Positions 10,550 to 22,017 are shown, counted from the first letter of the stretch. The stretch is 64,000 bases of DNA from an uncultured beta proteobacterium (GCA_963782495.1 CAWAJU010000005.1:204260-268259), one strand, 5' to 3'. Numbers and translations: made by a program. The notes: generated by a model from the sequence alone, not told the origin.

Positions 10550-11992
10550 ATGAGCCTGAAACCCCTGGTATTTCTGCTTGGCGCAGCATTGGCCGCACCG
10601 TTTGCCCGCGCGGAGAATCTGAGCGACGTTTACCGCGACGCGCTGGCGTTTGATGCCCAGTACGCCTCGGCACGGGCCGTTTACCAGGCCACCCGGGAGA
10701 AGCTGCCGCAGGCCCGCGCGGGGCTGCTGCCCAATGTAAGCGCCAGTGCCAACGTTCTGCATAATAATGTCGACACCTCGGCGTTTCCCAGTATGACGTT
10801 TACCTCCAACAGTTGGGCTGTAACCGGGGTGCAGCCCATTTTCCGCTGGCAAAATTGGGTGGTGAACGATGAGGCCCAAGCCCAGGTCAAGGCTGCGGAG
10901 AGCCAGCTCAAGGCTGCCGGGCAGGATCTGATCCTGCGCACTGCCCAAGCCTATTTCGATGTACTGCAGGCCGAGGACAATATCGAATTCATCCGGGCGC
11001 AAAAGGCCGCGATTTCCGAACAGCTCGCCGCGGCGAAGCGCAGCTTCGAAGTGGGCACGGCCACGATCACCGATACGAACGAGGCGCAGGCCCGATTTGA
11101 TCTGGCCACCTCTCAGGAAATCGCCGCGCTCAATGACCTGGAAATCCGCAAGCGGGCCTTGGTCAAATTGACCGGCAAGAATTACAGCAAGCTGTCCCAT
11201 CTGAATCCCAAGGCCGACCTCGTGCAACCGGACCCGGCAAACATGGATGTCTGGGTCGGCCGGGCCCAGAATGACAACGTAAATGTCGTGGTGCAGCGCT
11301 ATCTCAAGACCATTGCAGATGAGGAAATCCGGCGCAATCGGGCAGGCCATTACCCCACTCTGGATCTGACTGCCAACTACACGGACGGCCGCAACCAGAA
11401 CTTCGGCTCGACCCAGATCGATAACAAGACCAGCGTCGTGGGCCTGGAACTCAATATCCCGATCTACCAGGGCGGCCTCATATCCTCCCAGGTGAGGGAA
11501 GCAGTCGCCAACCAGGAGAAGGCCCGGCAGGATCTGGAGAACGCGCTGCGCGATGCCACCTTGCAGACCAGTCAGGCTTTCCTCAACGCCAAGAACGGTG
11601 CTGCTCAGGTCAAGGCCCTGGAGCAGGCCCTGGTATCCAGCCAGGTGTCGCTGGATTCCACCCTGCTTGGCCTGGAAGTGGGCGTGCGCACCAACGTGGA
11701 TGTGCTCAATGCCCAGCAGCAGGTGTATTCCGCGCGCAAGGATCTGGCGGCCGCGCGCTACGGTTTCCTGCTGTCGGTGCTCAATCTCAAGGCCGCCGCG
11801 GGCATCCTGTCCGCGGCCGATCTGGACGAAATCGACAAAGTACTGACTGCGATGCAGGAGCAGACACCGAATCAAACCAGGACGACCGGGCTGCGCTCAC
11901 AGTCCCCGGCATCAAGTCCGAAGATCACGCCACTGTCGAGCGGCGGTGGTCTAAGGCTTAGCCGTGACCTGAGTCTCGCTTCGCCGCGCTAA
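10550..11992 (+). CDS. tolC: TolC-family outer-membrane channel
   Basis: 480 aa. Signal peptide, N-terminal LSDVYRDALAFDAQYASARA, and a duplicated coiled-coil repeat architecture typical of TolC. Confidence 0.9.
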   Translation: MSLKPLVFLLGAALAAPFARAENLSDVYRDALAFDAQYASARAVYQATREKLPQARAGLLPNVSASANVLHNNVDTSAFPSMTFTSNSWAVTGVQPIFRWQNWVVNDEAQAQVKAAESQLKAAGQDLILRTAQAYFDVLQAEDNIEFIRAQKAAISEQLAAAKRSFEVGTATITDTNEAQARFDLATSQEIAALNDLEIRKRALVKLTGKNYSKLSHLNPKADLVQPDPANMDVWVGRAQNDNVNVVVQRYLKTIADEEIRRNRAGHYPTLDLTANYTDGRNQNFGSTQIDNKTSVVGLELNIPIYQGGLISSQVREAVANQEKARQDLENALRDATLQTSQAFLNAKNGAAQVKALEQALVSSQVSLDSTLLGLEVGVRTNVDVLNAQQQVYSARKDLAAARYGFLLSVLNLKAAAGILSAADLDEIDKVLTAMQEQTPNQTRTTGLRSQSPASSPKITPLSSGGGLRLSRDLSLASPR

Positions 11993-13237
11993 CTGCAACA
12001 TCGTCCACACCCGCTGCGCCGCACCCCGATGTGCGGCGGCAAACATACGACCCGCCTCTCCCATCCTCTGGCGCGCAGTTTCATCCAGATTCAGCAAGGC
12101 AGCCTGGGCAGCCCATTCCGCGGCATTCGACACGCGCAGCGCGGCGCCGTGCGCAATCGCATCCTCGGCGGCCTGCTTGAAATTTTCCGTGTGCGGACCG
12201 AGCAACGCCGGACAACCCACCGCACTGGCTTCAATCAGATTCTGCCCGCCATAAGGCAAGAGACTGCCTCCGATCAGCGCGCAGTCTGCCATCGAATAAT
12301 AGGCAAACATTTCGCCCAGGCTGTCGCCCAGCCATACCCGGGTGTCAGCGCGCACCGCTGCATTCTCGCTGCGCCGCTGCATCTTCAATCCGCGATCACG
12401 CACCAGCGCAGCCACGTCGTCGACCCGTTGCGGATGGCGTGGAACCAGCGCAAGCAGCACATTTGGCGCGGCGGACTTGCAATACGCATCGAGGATGAGT
12501 TTCTCTTCGCCAGCGCGCGTGCTGGCCGCGAGCCACACCGGGCGTTCGCCAATCAGCGTGCGCATGACCTTCCCCAGTTCAATCTGATCCAGCGGCGGTT
12601 CGAGATCAAATTTGAGATTGCCCGTCACCACGACATTTGCGGCGCCGAGCTCGCTCAATCTCTCGGCATCCTCTCCGGTTTGCGCAGCGACCCCGGCGAA
12701 ACCCTGCAGAACACTGCGCGTCAGCCTCCCCAGCCGCTGGTAGCCGTGTGCGGATCGTTCTGACAGGCGCGCGTTTACCAGGAACAGGCGCACCCCGGCA
12801 CGGCCCGCTTCACGAACCAGATGCGGCCACAGCTCGGTTTCCATGATCAGCCCCAGGCGCGGACTTGAACGCCGCACAAAACGGCGCACCATGGCCGGGT
12901 AATCGTAAGGCAGGTAGCGCACGCTGACCCGGTCGCCAAACATCTGTTCAAGCGTCGCGCGACCCGCAGGCGTCATGCAGGTGATCAGCACCGGGGGCAC
13001 AGGAGACAGCGCGAGAAATCGCTCCACCAGCGGCGCGGCGGCGCGCGCTTCGCCGACCGACACTGCGTGAATCCAGACCGGTTGGCCGGGCAATGGCTTG
13101 CAGAATCCGAACCGCTCCAACACATGCCGCCAGTAGCCCCGTTCCTTGACTCCGCGCAGCAGCAATCTGAGCGGAATGAAAGGCAGGGCGAGCCACAACA
13201 TCGCGCGGTAGAGCAAGCTTTGCAGGCCAAGCAACAT
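11951..13237 (-). CDS. waaA: 3-deoxy-D-manno-octulosonic acid (Kdo) transferase
   Basis: 428 aa. WIHAVSVGE motif and overall KdtA/WaaA-like sequence. Confidence 0.9.
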   Translation of the reverse strand: MLLGLQSLLYRAMLWLALPFIPLRLLLRGVKERGYWRHVLERFGFCKPLPGQPVWIHAVSVGEARAAAPLVERFLALSPVPPVLITCMTPAGRATLEQMFGDRVSVRYLPYDYPAMVRRFVRRSSPRLGLIMETELWPHLVREAGRAGVRLFLVNARLSERSAHGYQRLGRLTRSVLQGFAGVAAQTGEDAERLSELGAANVVVTGNLKFDLEPPLDQIELGKVMRTLIGERPVWLAASTRAGEEKLILDAYCKSAAPNVLLALVPRHPQRVDDVAALVRDRGLKMQRRSENAAVRADTRVWLGDSLGEMFAYYSMADCALIGGSLLPYGGQNLIEASAVGCPALLGPHTENFKQAAEDAIAHGAALRVSNAAEWAAQAALLNLDETARQRMGEAGRMFAAAHRGAAQRVWTMLQLARRSETQVTAKP

Positions 13238-13301
13238 GGGCGCTATTTTACGGGGATGTCGGCGCTGCTGATAAAATCAGCCCAAACCAGATGGAGTTCC
13301 C

Positions 13302-14312
13302 ATGAAAATCCTGCTTACCGGCGCAGCCGGATTTATCGGCATGCATGTCGCCCAGATTCTGCTCAAGCGCGGAGAAGACGTTGTCGGCATCGACAATCTG
13401 AACGACTACTACGACCCCAAGCTCAAGCTGGCCCGGTTGGAACAACTCAAGCCGCACAAGAACTTCCACTTCGTGAAGGGCGACATTTCCGAACGCATGG
13501 CCATGGAGGAATTGTTCGCCAAGGAACACTTCAAGCGCGTGATCAATCTGGCCGCCCAGCCGGGCGTGCGTTACTCGCTGAAGAATCCCCACGCCTATGT
13601 CCAATCCAATATCGTGGGTTTCGCCAACCTCCTGGAAGGCTGCCGCCACCATGGGGTGGAACATTTCGTTTATGCCAGTTCCTCGAGCGTCTACGGCGCC
13701 AATACCAAGATGCCGTTCTCAGTCGACGACAATGTGGACCACCCGGTCAGTCTCTATGCCGCCAGCAAGAAGGCCAACGAACTGATGGCTCACACCTATT
13801 CCCACCTGTATGGCCTGCCGACCACCGGGCTGCGCTATTTCACCGTGTACGGTCCCTGGGGCCGGCCCGACATGTCGCCCTGGCTGTTCACTTCCGCCAT
13901 CCTGGAAGACCGGACGATCGATGTGTTCAACCACGGCAAGATGCGGCGCGACTTCACCTATGTGGACGATATCGCCGAAGGCACCGTGCGGGTCATGGAC
14001 CGCATTCCCCAACCCGATCCGGCCTACGACCACGTCAGCGGCAGTCCCGCGCAAAGCCACGCGCCATACCGGGTCTACAACATCGGCAACCACCAGCCGG
14101 TGGAGCTGATGAGCTTCATTGGCACCATCGAAAAAGCCCTGGGCAAGGAAGCGAAGAAGAATTACCTGCCGATGCAGCCGGGCGACGTGGAAGCGACCTA
14201 CGCGGACATAGATGCGCTGAGGAAAGATGTTGGGTTCGAGCCCAAGACGGCGCTGGAGACGGGCGTCGCGAACTGGGCAGCTTGGTACAAGGAATACACG
14301 GGCCGCCAGTGA
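13302..14312 (+). CDS. NAD-dependent epimerase (UDP-glucuronate 4-epimerase-like)
   Basis: 336 aa. Contains MKILLTGAAGFIGMHV...GIDNLNDYYDPKLK and the YAASK catalytic motif. Confidence 0.85.
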   Translation: MKILLTGAAGFIGMHVAQILLKRGEDVVGIDNLNDYYDPKLKLARLEQLKPHKNFHFVKGDISERMAMEELFAKEHFKRVINLAAQPGVRYSLKNPHAYVQSNIVGFANLLEGCRHHGVEHFVYASSSSVYGANTKMPFSVDDNVDHPVSLYAASKKANELMAHTYSHLYGLPTTGLRYFTVYGPWGRPDMSPWLFTSAILEDRTIDVFNHGKMRRDFTYVDDIAEGTVRVMDRIPQPDPAYDHVSGSPAQSHAPYRVYNIGNHQPVELMSFIGTIEKALGKEAKKNYLPMQPGDVEATYADIDALRKDVGFEPKTALETGVANWAAWYKEYTGRQ

Positions 14313-14383
14313 AGGAACGCTGACACCAAATACGAGGCGCAGCCACCAATCAACTCACAATCTCCGGTGGCACCGTCAATGTT

Positions 14384-15124
14384 CTAGAGTCTCGCACTCC
14401 TCCCCCCATCCACCGCAATCACCTGCCCCGTCACATAGGGCGCATCGCACACCAGGAAGCGTACGGCGCGGGCGATATCGCTCGGCTCGCCAGCGGACTT
14501 GAGGATGGTGTTGGAAATGATGCGCTGGCGCGAAAGCTCGTCGAAATTGGGATCGTCCTCGGGCCACACGATAGGGCCGGGCGCCACCGCATTCACCCGC
14601 ACTTCAGGCCCCAACTCACGTGCCAGCGATTTCGTCAGCCCCACCAGTCCGGCTTTCGCGACGGAATACACAACATAGTTTTCCATCGGCCTGTCGGCGT
14701 GAATGTCGGTGATGTTGACGATGCAACCGCGGTGCTTGCGCAGTTCCGGCGCCGCCGCCTGGGAAAGAAACATCGGCGCTTTCAGGTTGGTGCCCATCAG
14801 GTCAACCCAGTCACGCTCGCTGATGCTTCCCACCAGGGTCGGATAAAAGCTGGACGCATTGTTCACCAGCACATCGAGGCGGCCGAAGCTGGCGACCGTC
14901 TGGTTGACCAGACTGGTCAATAACCCAGTGTCGAGCAAGTCCGCCTGGATCAGGGAAACCGAATCGGGCCGCAGGTCATTGAGTTCGTCCTGCAGTGCGC
15001 GCGCAGCCTCGGCGGAGTTGCGGTAATGAATCATCAGGTTCATGCCCTCGCCGTGCAGGGCGCGGGCGATCTGCGCCCCAACCCTCCGGGACGCCCCTGT
15101 AATCAGCGCAACTTTGCCTTGCAT
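14384..15124 (-). CDS. Short-chain dehydrogenase, pteridine reductase-like
   Basis: Start at MQGKVALITGASRRVGAQIA. SDR fold motifs including YSVAK. Resembles FolM/PTR1-type reductases. Confidence 0.8.
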   Translation of the reverse strand: MQGKVALITGASRRVGAQIARALHGEGMNLMIHYRNSAEAARALQDELNDLRPDSVSLIQADLLDTGLLTSLVNQTVASFGRLDVLVNNASSFYPTLVGSISERDWVDLMGTNLKAPMFLSQAAAPELRKHRGCIVNITDIHADRPMENYVVYSVAKAGLVGLTKSLARELGPEVRVNAVAPGPIVWPEDDPNFDELSRQRIISNTILKSAGEPSDIARAVRFLVCDAPYVTGQVIAVDGGRSARL

Positions 15125-15183
15125 CTCCCACACCCCGTATAGTTCTGACCTTACGCATTATCCATCAAGCCCTGCCCGTCGTC

Positions 15184-16320
15184 ATGCCTCAAGTGCCTCC
15201 ACCCTCGGACGATGCCCGCGCCAGCAGCGAGCGCCTGCTTGCCCGGATGCGGGAGGCGATCGCGACCGACGGCTGGCTCAGCTTTGCCCGCTACATGGAG
15301 CTTGCCCTCTATGCCCCCGCCCTGGGTTATTACAGTGGCGGCGCGCGCAAATTTGGCTCGGCCGGCGACTTTGTCACTGCTCCCGAAATCTCTCCCCTGT
15401 TTGGCCGCGTGCTTGCGCGGCAACTGGCCGAGGTGCTTGACCAGTCCGGCAAAGCGCTCCTGGAACTGGGCGCCGGTACCGGCAGGCTGGCGGCACAGAT
15501 TCTGGGCGAGCTGAAACAGCTGGGGAAGCCGGCGTCCTATTCCATCCTGGAAGTGAGCAGCGAATTGCGCCAGCGGCAGGAGCAAACCCTGGAGCAGGCG
15601 GGTTTGGCCGGGGCGGTGACCTGGCTGGACACGCTACCCGAGACGTTCTCTGGCATCGTATTCGGCAACGAGGTGCTGGATGCGCTGCCGGTTCACCTGA
15701 TCCACTGGACCGCACAGGGTCCCATGGAGCGCGGGGTGGTCTGGAAGGAAGACCAACTGCGCTGGCAGGACCGGCCCATCGCTGATGCCCTGCTGCTGAA
15801 GCAGGCTGCTGCGCTCGATCTGCCACCCGGCTATGTCAGCGAAATCAATCTTGCCTCGCCCGCCCTGGTAAGGGAGCTGGGCCGGCGCTTGCAAGCCGGC
15901 ATGCTGCTGTTCGTCGACTATGGCTACGGGCGTAGTGAGTACTACCATCCACAACGCCATATGGGCACACTACGGGCACACTACCGACATCATGCACTGG
16001 ATGACCCGTTTCATTTGCCCGGGTTGACCGATCTGAGCGCACATGTGGATTTCACGGCCGTCGCCGAAGCGGGGCTGGAGGCAGGACTGGACTTGCTGGG
16101 CTATACGAGCCAGGCGCATTTTCTCGTCAATGGCGGCATTACGGCCTTGCTGGCTGGAATCCCCGTCGAAGCGGCGACCCGCTATGCACCGCTTGCAAGC
16201 GGTGCGCAAAAGCTGCTGTCTCCGGTCGAAATGGGCGAGTTGTTCAAGGTGATGGGATTGGGCAGGCAGGTGATCGCGCCGAGCGGTTTTGTTACCGGTA
16301 GCCTGGCCAGGCTGCTGTAG
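15184..16320 (+). CDS. SAM-dependent methyltransferase (COG1565 / MidA-NDUFAF7-like)
   Basis: 378 aa. Contains YYSGGARKFGSAGDFVTAPEISPLFG and LLELGAGTGRLA motifs. Confidence 0.75.
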   Translation: MPQVPPPSDDARASSERLLARMREAIATDGWLSFARYMELALYAPALGYYSGGARKFGSAGDFVTAPEISPLFGRVLARQLAEVLDQSGKALLELGAGTGRLAAQILGELKQLGKPASYSILEVSSELRQRQEQTLEQAGLAGAVTWLDTLPETFSGIVFGNEVLDALPVHLIHWTAQGPMERGVVWKEDQLRWQDRPIADALLLKQAAALDLPPGYVSEINLASPALVRELGRRLQAGMLLFVDYGYGRSEYYHPQRHMGTLRAHYRHHALDDPFHLPGLTDLSAHVDFTAVAEAGLEAGLDLLGYTSQAHFLVNGGITALLAGIPVEAATRYAPLASGAQKLLSPVEMGELFKVMGLGRQVIAPSGFVTGSLARLL

Positions 16321-16326
16321 CACAAG

Positions 16327-17472
16327 CTAGTGAAGGTGCTGCGGTGCCTGTCCGGATTCTTCCGGTTCTTCAGTGTGCACCGAATCACCAGACGGTGTGG
16401 GAAACAGCGGCGCGCCGCAGTCTTCGCAGTATTCCAGCGGCAGGCGCCCTTCCAGCACGGTGATGTCCTTCACCCCCAGGCGTTGCAACTGCTGGGCGAT
16501 GTCATCGGGTATGCCTTCGATGTCTTCGGTATCCAGCAGCGGCCAGACGATGCCGTGAACCAGCCCGGTTTTCGCCATCAGCCCGAAGCTGACCCGATAT
16601 TCTTCAAGCTCCCGGTCGCCATAAGGTGCGATGACCACGCGCAATTGCACCGGTGCCACACTAAAGCTTGCGCCGAGGAATTCAACCGCGGCTCCCAGGC
16701 TGAAAGCGCGCAATTGTCGATCCGCTTCGCGCGCTGCGGCGAAATAGGCGTTGGGCAGGAGCAGTTGCAGAGCGCAGGCCGGCAAGGCAGGTCGCAACGC
16801 TTCCCCACCCTGGGTTTGCCAGGCCTTGAGCACCGATTCGCGGCTCACGTCCTGCTCCTGCCAATGGAACAAGGGCTGGTCCGGCCGGGTTCGGGCGAGG
16901 CCTATCAGATAGCGCACATCGGACAGGAAAGGCGCGGTGGGTGGCAGTTGGTCGCTGCTCATGGACAAGGCCTGGGCCTTGTCCAGCGCGCGCAGCAGCT
17001 GGGCCGCAAGCCTGCGGGTTTCACTGAAACCGCGCGGCAACTGATCCGGACTCAACAGGCAGTCGGCGAGGCTCAGTTCCACACCGGAGGCAAATACATG
17101 GGCGCCCAATTGCACGCTCAGGTTGGCGACCAGTTCGGCCTTGAGGGCGCCTGCCGGCAAAGCAAAGCGCGACCACGCGAGAATGGGGACCGCGATGAGC
17201 AGGGTGTTATCGGCCGGACTTTCCGACCGCGCCTCGACGGCGTCGGCCAGTTCATCATAGGCCAGACGATCCAGGTTGAAGGCATGATCCAGAGCGGCAA
17301 ACAGCGCATCGTCGTTGCCCGCGCCAAGCAGCTTCTCGATGACGCTGCGCAGCGAGCGCTCCCAAAACTCATCCTCAGTGCGGCTGCCGGATTCGGATAA
17401 GTCCTGCGCCAGGCGCACCAGTTTCTCCGCTTCGCGGGAAAGGGATTTGTCATGGGGTCGGGTGCGTTTCAT
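16327..17472 (-). CDS. Conserved hypothetical protein (possibly DUF2863-like)
   Basis: 381-aa ORF with coding-like composition. Family assignment is from memory only. Confidence 0.55.
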   Translation of the reverse strand: MKRTRPHDKSLSREAEKLVRLAQDLSESGSRTEDEFWERSLRSVIEKLLGAGNDDALFAALDHAFNLDRLAYDELADAVEARSESPADNTLLIAVPILAWSRFALPAGALKAELVANLSVQLGAHVFASGVELSLADCLLSPDQLPRGFSETRRLAAQLLRALDKAQALSMSSDQLPPTAPFLSDVRYLIGLARTRPDQPLFHWQEQDVSRESVLKAWQTQGGEALRPALPACALQLLLPNAYFAAAREADRQLRAFSLGAAVEFLGASFSVAPVQLRVVIAPYGDRELEEYRVSFGLMAKTGLVHGIVWPLLDTEDIEGIPDDIAQQLQRLGVKDITVLEGRLPLEYCEDCGAPLFPTPSGDSVHTEEPEESGQAPQHLH

Positions 17473-17529
17473 GGAGCTAGCGTATTCCTTTCAGGGACAA
17501 AAGTCGCCCGAATTCTTCCCGCCCGCGCC

Positions 17530-20244
17530 CTAGTTCAGGCGCCCATGACAATGCTTGTATTTCTTGCCACTGCCGCACGGGCAGGGGTCGTTGCGCCCCA
17601 CCTTGGGCACGCCGGAATCGAGCGCTGCCATGGCCATAGGCATGGCGGCCTGGGCCAGCGCCACATCCGGGTCGGCATGCTGATATTGCACGTTGGCCGG
17701 GCCTTCATGTTGCTCGACCGCCTGTACATCTTCCTCGGTGCGGACCTGCACGGTAGTGGTAATGCGGGTGACTTCGATCTTGATCGCATCGAGCATGGCA
17801 GAGAACAATTCGAATGCTTCGCGTTTGTATTCCTGCTTGGGATCCTTTTGCGCGTAGCCGCGCAGGTGGATGCCCTGGCGCAGATGGTCAAGCGCGGCCA
17901 GATGCTCACGCCAGTGGGTGTCCATGCTCTGCAGCATTACGGCCTTCTCGAAATGACGCAGCACCTCGGCCCCGACTGCCAGCTCCTTGGCCGCATAAGC
18001 GGCATCCGCCTCGACGCACACCTTGTCGCGCAGGCCTTTCTCGTCCAGCGTCTTGTCCGCATTGAGCCATTCCTGCAGGGGCAGTCTGGATCCGAATTCA
18101 GCCTCGATGGCTCTTTCCGCGCCTTCCACATCCCACTGTTCTTCCATCGAATCGCGTGGAATGTGGGTATCGATCACCGTATTGATCACGTCATGGCGCA
18201 TTGCAGTGATGGTCTCGTCGATATTTTCGCTGGCGAGTAATTCGTTGCGCTGCTCGTAGATGACCTTGCGCTGGTCGTTGGACACATCGTCATATTCCAG
18301 AAGCTGTTTGCGGATATCAAAGTTGCGTGCCTCAACCTTGCGTTGCGCGTTCTCAATCGCGCGCGACACCCAGGGATGTTCGATGGCTTCGCCCTCGGGC
18401 AGCTTGAGCCGGTTCATAATCGCCGCCACGCGGTCGGAGGCAAAAATCCGCAGCAGGGGATCGTCCAGAGCGAGGTAGAAACGCGACGAGCCGGGATCGC
18501 CCTGACGCCCGGCGCGGCCGCGCAATTGGTTGTCCACGCGGCGCGATTCGTGCCGTTCGGTGCCGATGATGTGCAGGCCGCCGGCGGCGAGCACGGCGTC
18601 ATGACGCGGCTGCCATTCAGCCTTGAGCTCGGCGCGCTTCTGCTCCTTCTCGGCCGGCGAGAGACTGGCGTCATCGTCGATGACATCCTGTTGGCGCTGA
18701 ATGCTGCCGCCCAGCACGATGTCGGTCCCGCGACCCGCCATGTTGGTGGCGATGGTGATACCGCCGGTCGCACCAGCCTGTGCGACGATTTCGGCTTCCT
18801 TGGCATGCTGCTTGGCGTTCAGCACCTGGTGCGGCAACTTCTCCTTCTGCAGCAGACCGGAAAGGTACTCGTTGGTTTCGATCGATGTAGTGCCGACCAG
18901 AACCGGCTGGCCGCGGCCATGGCACTCGCGGATATCCTTGATCACGGCCTGGAATTTTTCCGTAGTGGTGAGGAATACCTGGTCATGCATGTCCTCGCGG
19001 ATCATGTCGCGGTGGGTGGGGATCACCACGGTTTCCAGGTTGTAGATAGACTGGAATTCGTAGGCTTCGGTGTCGGCCGTGCCGGTCATGCCGGCGAGCT
19101 TGCCGTACATGCGGAAATAGTTCTGGAAAGTGATCGACGCAAGGGTCTGGTTTTCCTTCTGGATCGCCACGCCCTCCTTGGCCTCAACGGCCTGGTGCAG
19201 GCCCTCCGACCAGCGGCGCCCTGTCATCAGGCGCCCGGTGAATTCGTCGACGATGACGACCTCATTGTTTTGCACCACATAATGCTGATCACGGTGATAT
19301 ACCGAGAACGCGCGCAGGGCGGCGTTGACATGGTGCATCAGACGGATGTTGGCGGCGTCATACAGGCTGCCGCCGCGGGGCAGCAGCCCCATGTCCGTCA
19401 GAAGCTGTTCGATCTTTTCGTGACCGGATTCGGAAATGATGACCGAATGGGCCTTTTCGTCCACCCAGTAGTCGCCGACTTCGCTCTTTTCTTCGGCCTG
19501 CCGACTCAGCTTGGGCGGAATGGCGTTGACGCTGGTGTAGAGCTCGGTGCTGTCCTCGGACTGGCCGGAGATGATCAGCGGCGTGCGCGCCTCGTCGATC
19601 AGGATCGAATCGACCTCGTCGACGATCGCATAAGCCAGACCGCGCTGGACCTTTTCCTCCATCTGGTAAACCATGTTGTCGCGCAGGTAGTCAAAGCCGA
19701 ATTCGTTGTTGGTGCCGTAGGTGATGTCAGCAGCGTAGGCGGCCTGTTTCTCCTCGTGGGACATCTGCGAAAGGTTGACGCCGACCGTCAGGCCGAGGAA
19801 CCGGTAAATGCGCCCCATCCAATCGGCGTCGCGCTGGGCCAGATAGTCGTTGACCGTCACCACGTGCACGCCCTTGCCGGTCAGCGCATTGAGATAGGCC
19901 GCCAAGGTTGCCACCAAGGTCTTGCCCTCGCCGGTGCGCATCTCGGAAATCTTTCCATCATGCAGCACCATGCCACCTATCATTTGCACGTCATAATGGC
20001 GCATGCCAAGCGCGCGGCGGCTGCCTTCGCGTACGACCGCAAAGGCCTCGGCCAAAAGCTTGTCGACCGGCTCGCCGTTGGCAATGCGCTCCTTGAACGC
20101 GGCGGTCTTGGCGCTCAGTTCCGCGTCGGTGAGTTTTTCCAGCGCCGCCTCATGGGCGTTGATCGCCGCGACCTTTTGCCGGTATTGTTTAACCAGCCGG
20201 TCGTTGCGGCTGCCGAATATTTTTTTTGCCAGGGTTTGCAGCAT
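17530..20244 (-). CDS. secA: Preprotein translocase ATPase SecA (canonical, full length)
   Basis: 904 aa. MRTGEGKT Walker [29 protein letters not shown], and the C-terminal zinc motif [14 protein letters not shown]. Confidence 0.97.
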   Translation of the reverse strand: MLQTLAKKIFGSRNDRLVKQYRQKVAAINAHEAALEKLTDAELSAKTAAFKERIANGEPVDKLLAEAFAVVREGSRRALGMRHYDVQMIGGMVLHDGKISEMRTGEGKTLVATLAAYLNALTGKGVHVVTVNDYLAQRDADWMGRIYRFLGLTVGVNLSQMSHEEKQAAYAADITYGTNNEFGFDYLRDNMVYQMEEKVQRGLAYAIVDEVDSILIDEARTPLIISGQSEDSTELYTSVNAIPPKLSRQAEEKSEVGDYWVDEKAHSVIISESGHEKIEQLLTDMGLLPRGGSLYDAANIRLMHHVNAALRAFSVYHRDQHYVVQNNEVVIVDEFTGRLMTGRRWSEGLHQAVEAKEGVAIQKENQTLASITFQNYFRMYGKLAGMTGTADTEAYEFQSIYNLETVVIPTHRDMIREDMHDQVFLTTTEKFQAVIKDIRECHGRGQPVLVGTTSIETNEYLSGLLQKEKLPHQVLNAKQHAKEAEIVAQAGATGGITIATNMAGRGTDIVLGGSIQRQQDVIDDDASLSPAEKEQKRAELKAEWQPRHDAVLAAGGLHIIGTERHESRRVDNQLRGRAGRQGDPGSSRFYLALDDPLLRIFASDRVAAIMNRLKLPEGEAIEHPWVSRAIENAQRKVEARNFDIRKQLLEYDDVSNDQRKVIYEQRNELLASENIDETITAMRHDVINTVIDTHIPRDSMEEQWDVEGAERAIEAEFGSRLPLQEWLNADKTLDEKGLRDKVCVEADAAYAAKELAVGAEVLRHFEKAVMLQSMDTHWREHLAALDHLRQGIHLRGYAQKDPKQEYKREAFELFSAMLDAIKIEVTRITTTVQVRTEEDVQAVEQHEGPANVQYQHADPDVALAQAAMPMAMAALDSGVPKVGRNDPCPCGSGKKYKHCHGRLN

Positions 20245-20322
20245 GGATAGCCTGAATGAGTTAGTTTCTTGCAGGAAAATCAGAGAATTTTATCATAACG
20301 TGCAAGACCATCTGGTTAGCGC

Positions 20323-20754
20323 ATGACCCAGGCCAAACGTCTGGGCGACCTGCTCGCCACGTCCGGCCAAGGCAAGGTATTGGCGCGTGGCCAGGCGCTA
20401 CTCGCCCTGCAAGCCCGGTTGGATAAATTGTTGCCGGAATCGTTCCGCGGCCAGGTATTTGTCGCCGACCTCAAGGACGGAATCCTGTCCCTGGCCTGCG
20501 CCCACGGCGCGCTCGCCACCCGGCTCAGAAGCGAAGGCCCGCACCTTGCAGAGGCCCTTGCCAAACAGGGCCTGGACGTTCAGCAAGTCAAGATTCTGGT
20601 CCGCCCCGATTTGCCGCTCTACCGTGGCCCAACCAAGGCCAAACCTGGACTGAGCCGAGGCGCCTTGAATGCCTTGACCGAGGTGGAACAATCACTGGAA
20701 CCCGGCGGTCTGCAAACGGCCGTGCGGCGGATGATCCGCAGGCACAGACCCTGA
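20323..20754 (+). CDS. DciA/DUF721-like protein
   Basis: 143 aa, divergent from secA. Sequence and position are typical of DUF721 proteins in beta/gammaproteobacteria. Confidence 0.65.
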   Translation: MTQAKRLGDLLATSGQGKVLARGQALLALQARLDKLLPESFRGQVFVADLKDGILSLACAHGALATRLRSEGPHLAEALAKQGLDVQQVKILVRPDLPLYRGPTKAKPGLSRGALNALTEVEQSLEPGGLQTAVRRMIRRHRP

Positions 20755-21063
20755 TTAGCCTTCCCGAACCTTGGGACCCGCTGGCAACGGGACGGCAACA
20801 GGCCAAGAGGCACTGAAATCAGCTCTTGGCAGTGCAGGCATGCGATCCTGAATCAACCCCGCACATTTGGCTTCAAATCTGGCCGAAATATCCGTTATTT
20901 GAGATGGGGAGAAACTCAGGATCCTCGTCGTCGTCCGAGCGCCCCGTGCATCCGGAACCCTGGCGTCACCACCGGTCCAACCAGGATGCAAACCTTTCCA
21001 ACATCAAGGTGTAACGAAGATGACCAAGGAAGCAGGACCGACACCCCTGGCGGGCAAACGATA

Positions 21064-22017
21064 ATGGGTCTACTGGAACAGAATCTGGAACATCGCGGAG
21101 CCACCCCACCGGGAACGGTGACGGACTCTGTTTCGCGGCTGAGTCAGGACGGATACTTTGTCGCTTCACTTGACGACCTCGGACTCTCAGCCACCCGGCT
21201 CATCCAGGAAGTCGCTCCCCTGTTTGCGCTCGCCGACTGGGACCCCTATGACGTTCGGCGGCGCCAGATCGAGGCGATTGAGCGGCGCATTCCGGCGGGA
21301 CAACTATCCACAGAGGCATTCTGGCAATTGGAGATTGCCCGCGGCCTCTATGCCTGCCCGCTGAAGGATCAGATCGGGGAAGCGAGGCTGCTCCAACGTT
21401 TCAACCTGACCTTCGGCATCGACACAAACACAATTCCGAAGATCGCGCCGTTTCGCAAGAAATGCGTCACCGGACTTGAGCTTGCCCGCGCATCCGGCGC
21501 GTGGAAACTGCGCTCGTTTCGCCAAGGCAATGTGGTGCAATACCTGGGCGACATTCGCGCCATCCCGCGGACCCATCCCGCCATCCCCGAGCAGGCCTTC
21601 GATAGGGGCACCCACCTGCTTCAGACGGTCGAGCGCCTGGTATCAATTGCTGCCGCCCTCCACTTGGACGCAGAAACCGCCACCGCCCGGGTCTGGCTGG
21701 TGGATACTCGATGCCAGACCAGCGAGCAAGTGTCCGTAGTCCCCGAGGGAGATCACCGCGACGGCGCCCATGTGGTGGTGCCAGCCGTGGTCATTGCAAA
21801 CGAGGCCGTGATCGGCGCAAAGAGCCGGATACTTCGGCCTCAAGAAGGCGGTGCGGTTCTGCTGGACGAACGCCAGCTTCAACCCGGCGAGTTGTCCATG
21901 CTCAACGACGAGGTGCTGCTCCACGGCGTGAGCCCGCTTGAGGCGGGCAGCCGCAAGATACTGGGCTTGGACATCGTGTTTGGCGCTGGAAATCCGGACG
22001 CCCTTCTGACATCGTGA
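21064..22017 (+). CDS. 2OG-Fe(II) dioxygenase-family protein (PF10014-like)
   Basis: ORF 20899..22017 trimmed to MGLLEQNLEH. PEGDHRDGAHVV (HxD) plus a distal LLHGVSP histidine give a facial-triad-like pattern. Confidence 0.5.
   Translation: MGLLEQNLEHRGATPPGTVTDSVSRLSQDGYFVASLDDLGLSATRLIQEVAPLFALADWDPYDVRRRQIEAIERRIPAGQLSTEAFWQLEIARGLYACPLKDQIGEARLLQRFNLTFGIDTNTIPKIAPFRKKCVTGLELARASGAWKLRSFRQGNVVQYLGDIRAIPRTHPAIPEQAFDRGTHLLQTVERLVSIAAALHLDAETATARVWLVDTRCQTSEQVSVVPEGDHRDGAHVVVPAVVIANEAVIGAKSRILRPQEGGAVLLDERQLQPGELSMLNDEVLLHGVSPLEAGSRKILGLDIVFGAGNPDALLTS

Noticed and set aside
11951-11992. 42-nt convergent overlap of the tolC and waaA 3' ends. ubiD and dacB overlap similarly by 24 nt at 48798-48821.
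   Set aside because: Convergent 3' overlaps of this size are common in compact GC-rich genomes. They could also reflect slightly late stop codons. I saw no additional structure.
18343-20250. 635-aa ORF antisense to secA. The same situation applies at 10379..11875 versus tolC, 33270..34742 versus murD, 28143..29414 versus ddl/murB, 29424..30476 versus murC, 59611..60543 versus the SecA-like gene, and 38003..38887 versus murE.
   Set aside because: All are antisense or out-of-frame shadows of genes with unmistakable homology. None has a recognisable family, and their composition is skewed.
20899-21063. N-terminal 55-codon extension of the dioxygenase-family ORF
   Set aside because: The extension is Arg/Pro/Thr-rich and unstructured-looking. 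The internal ATG at 21064 gives a sensible protein start (MGLLEQNLEH).
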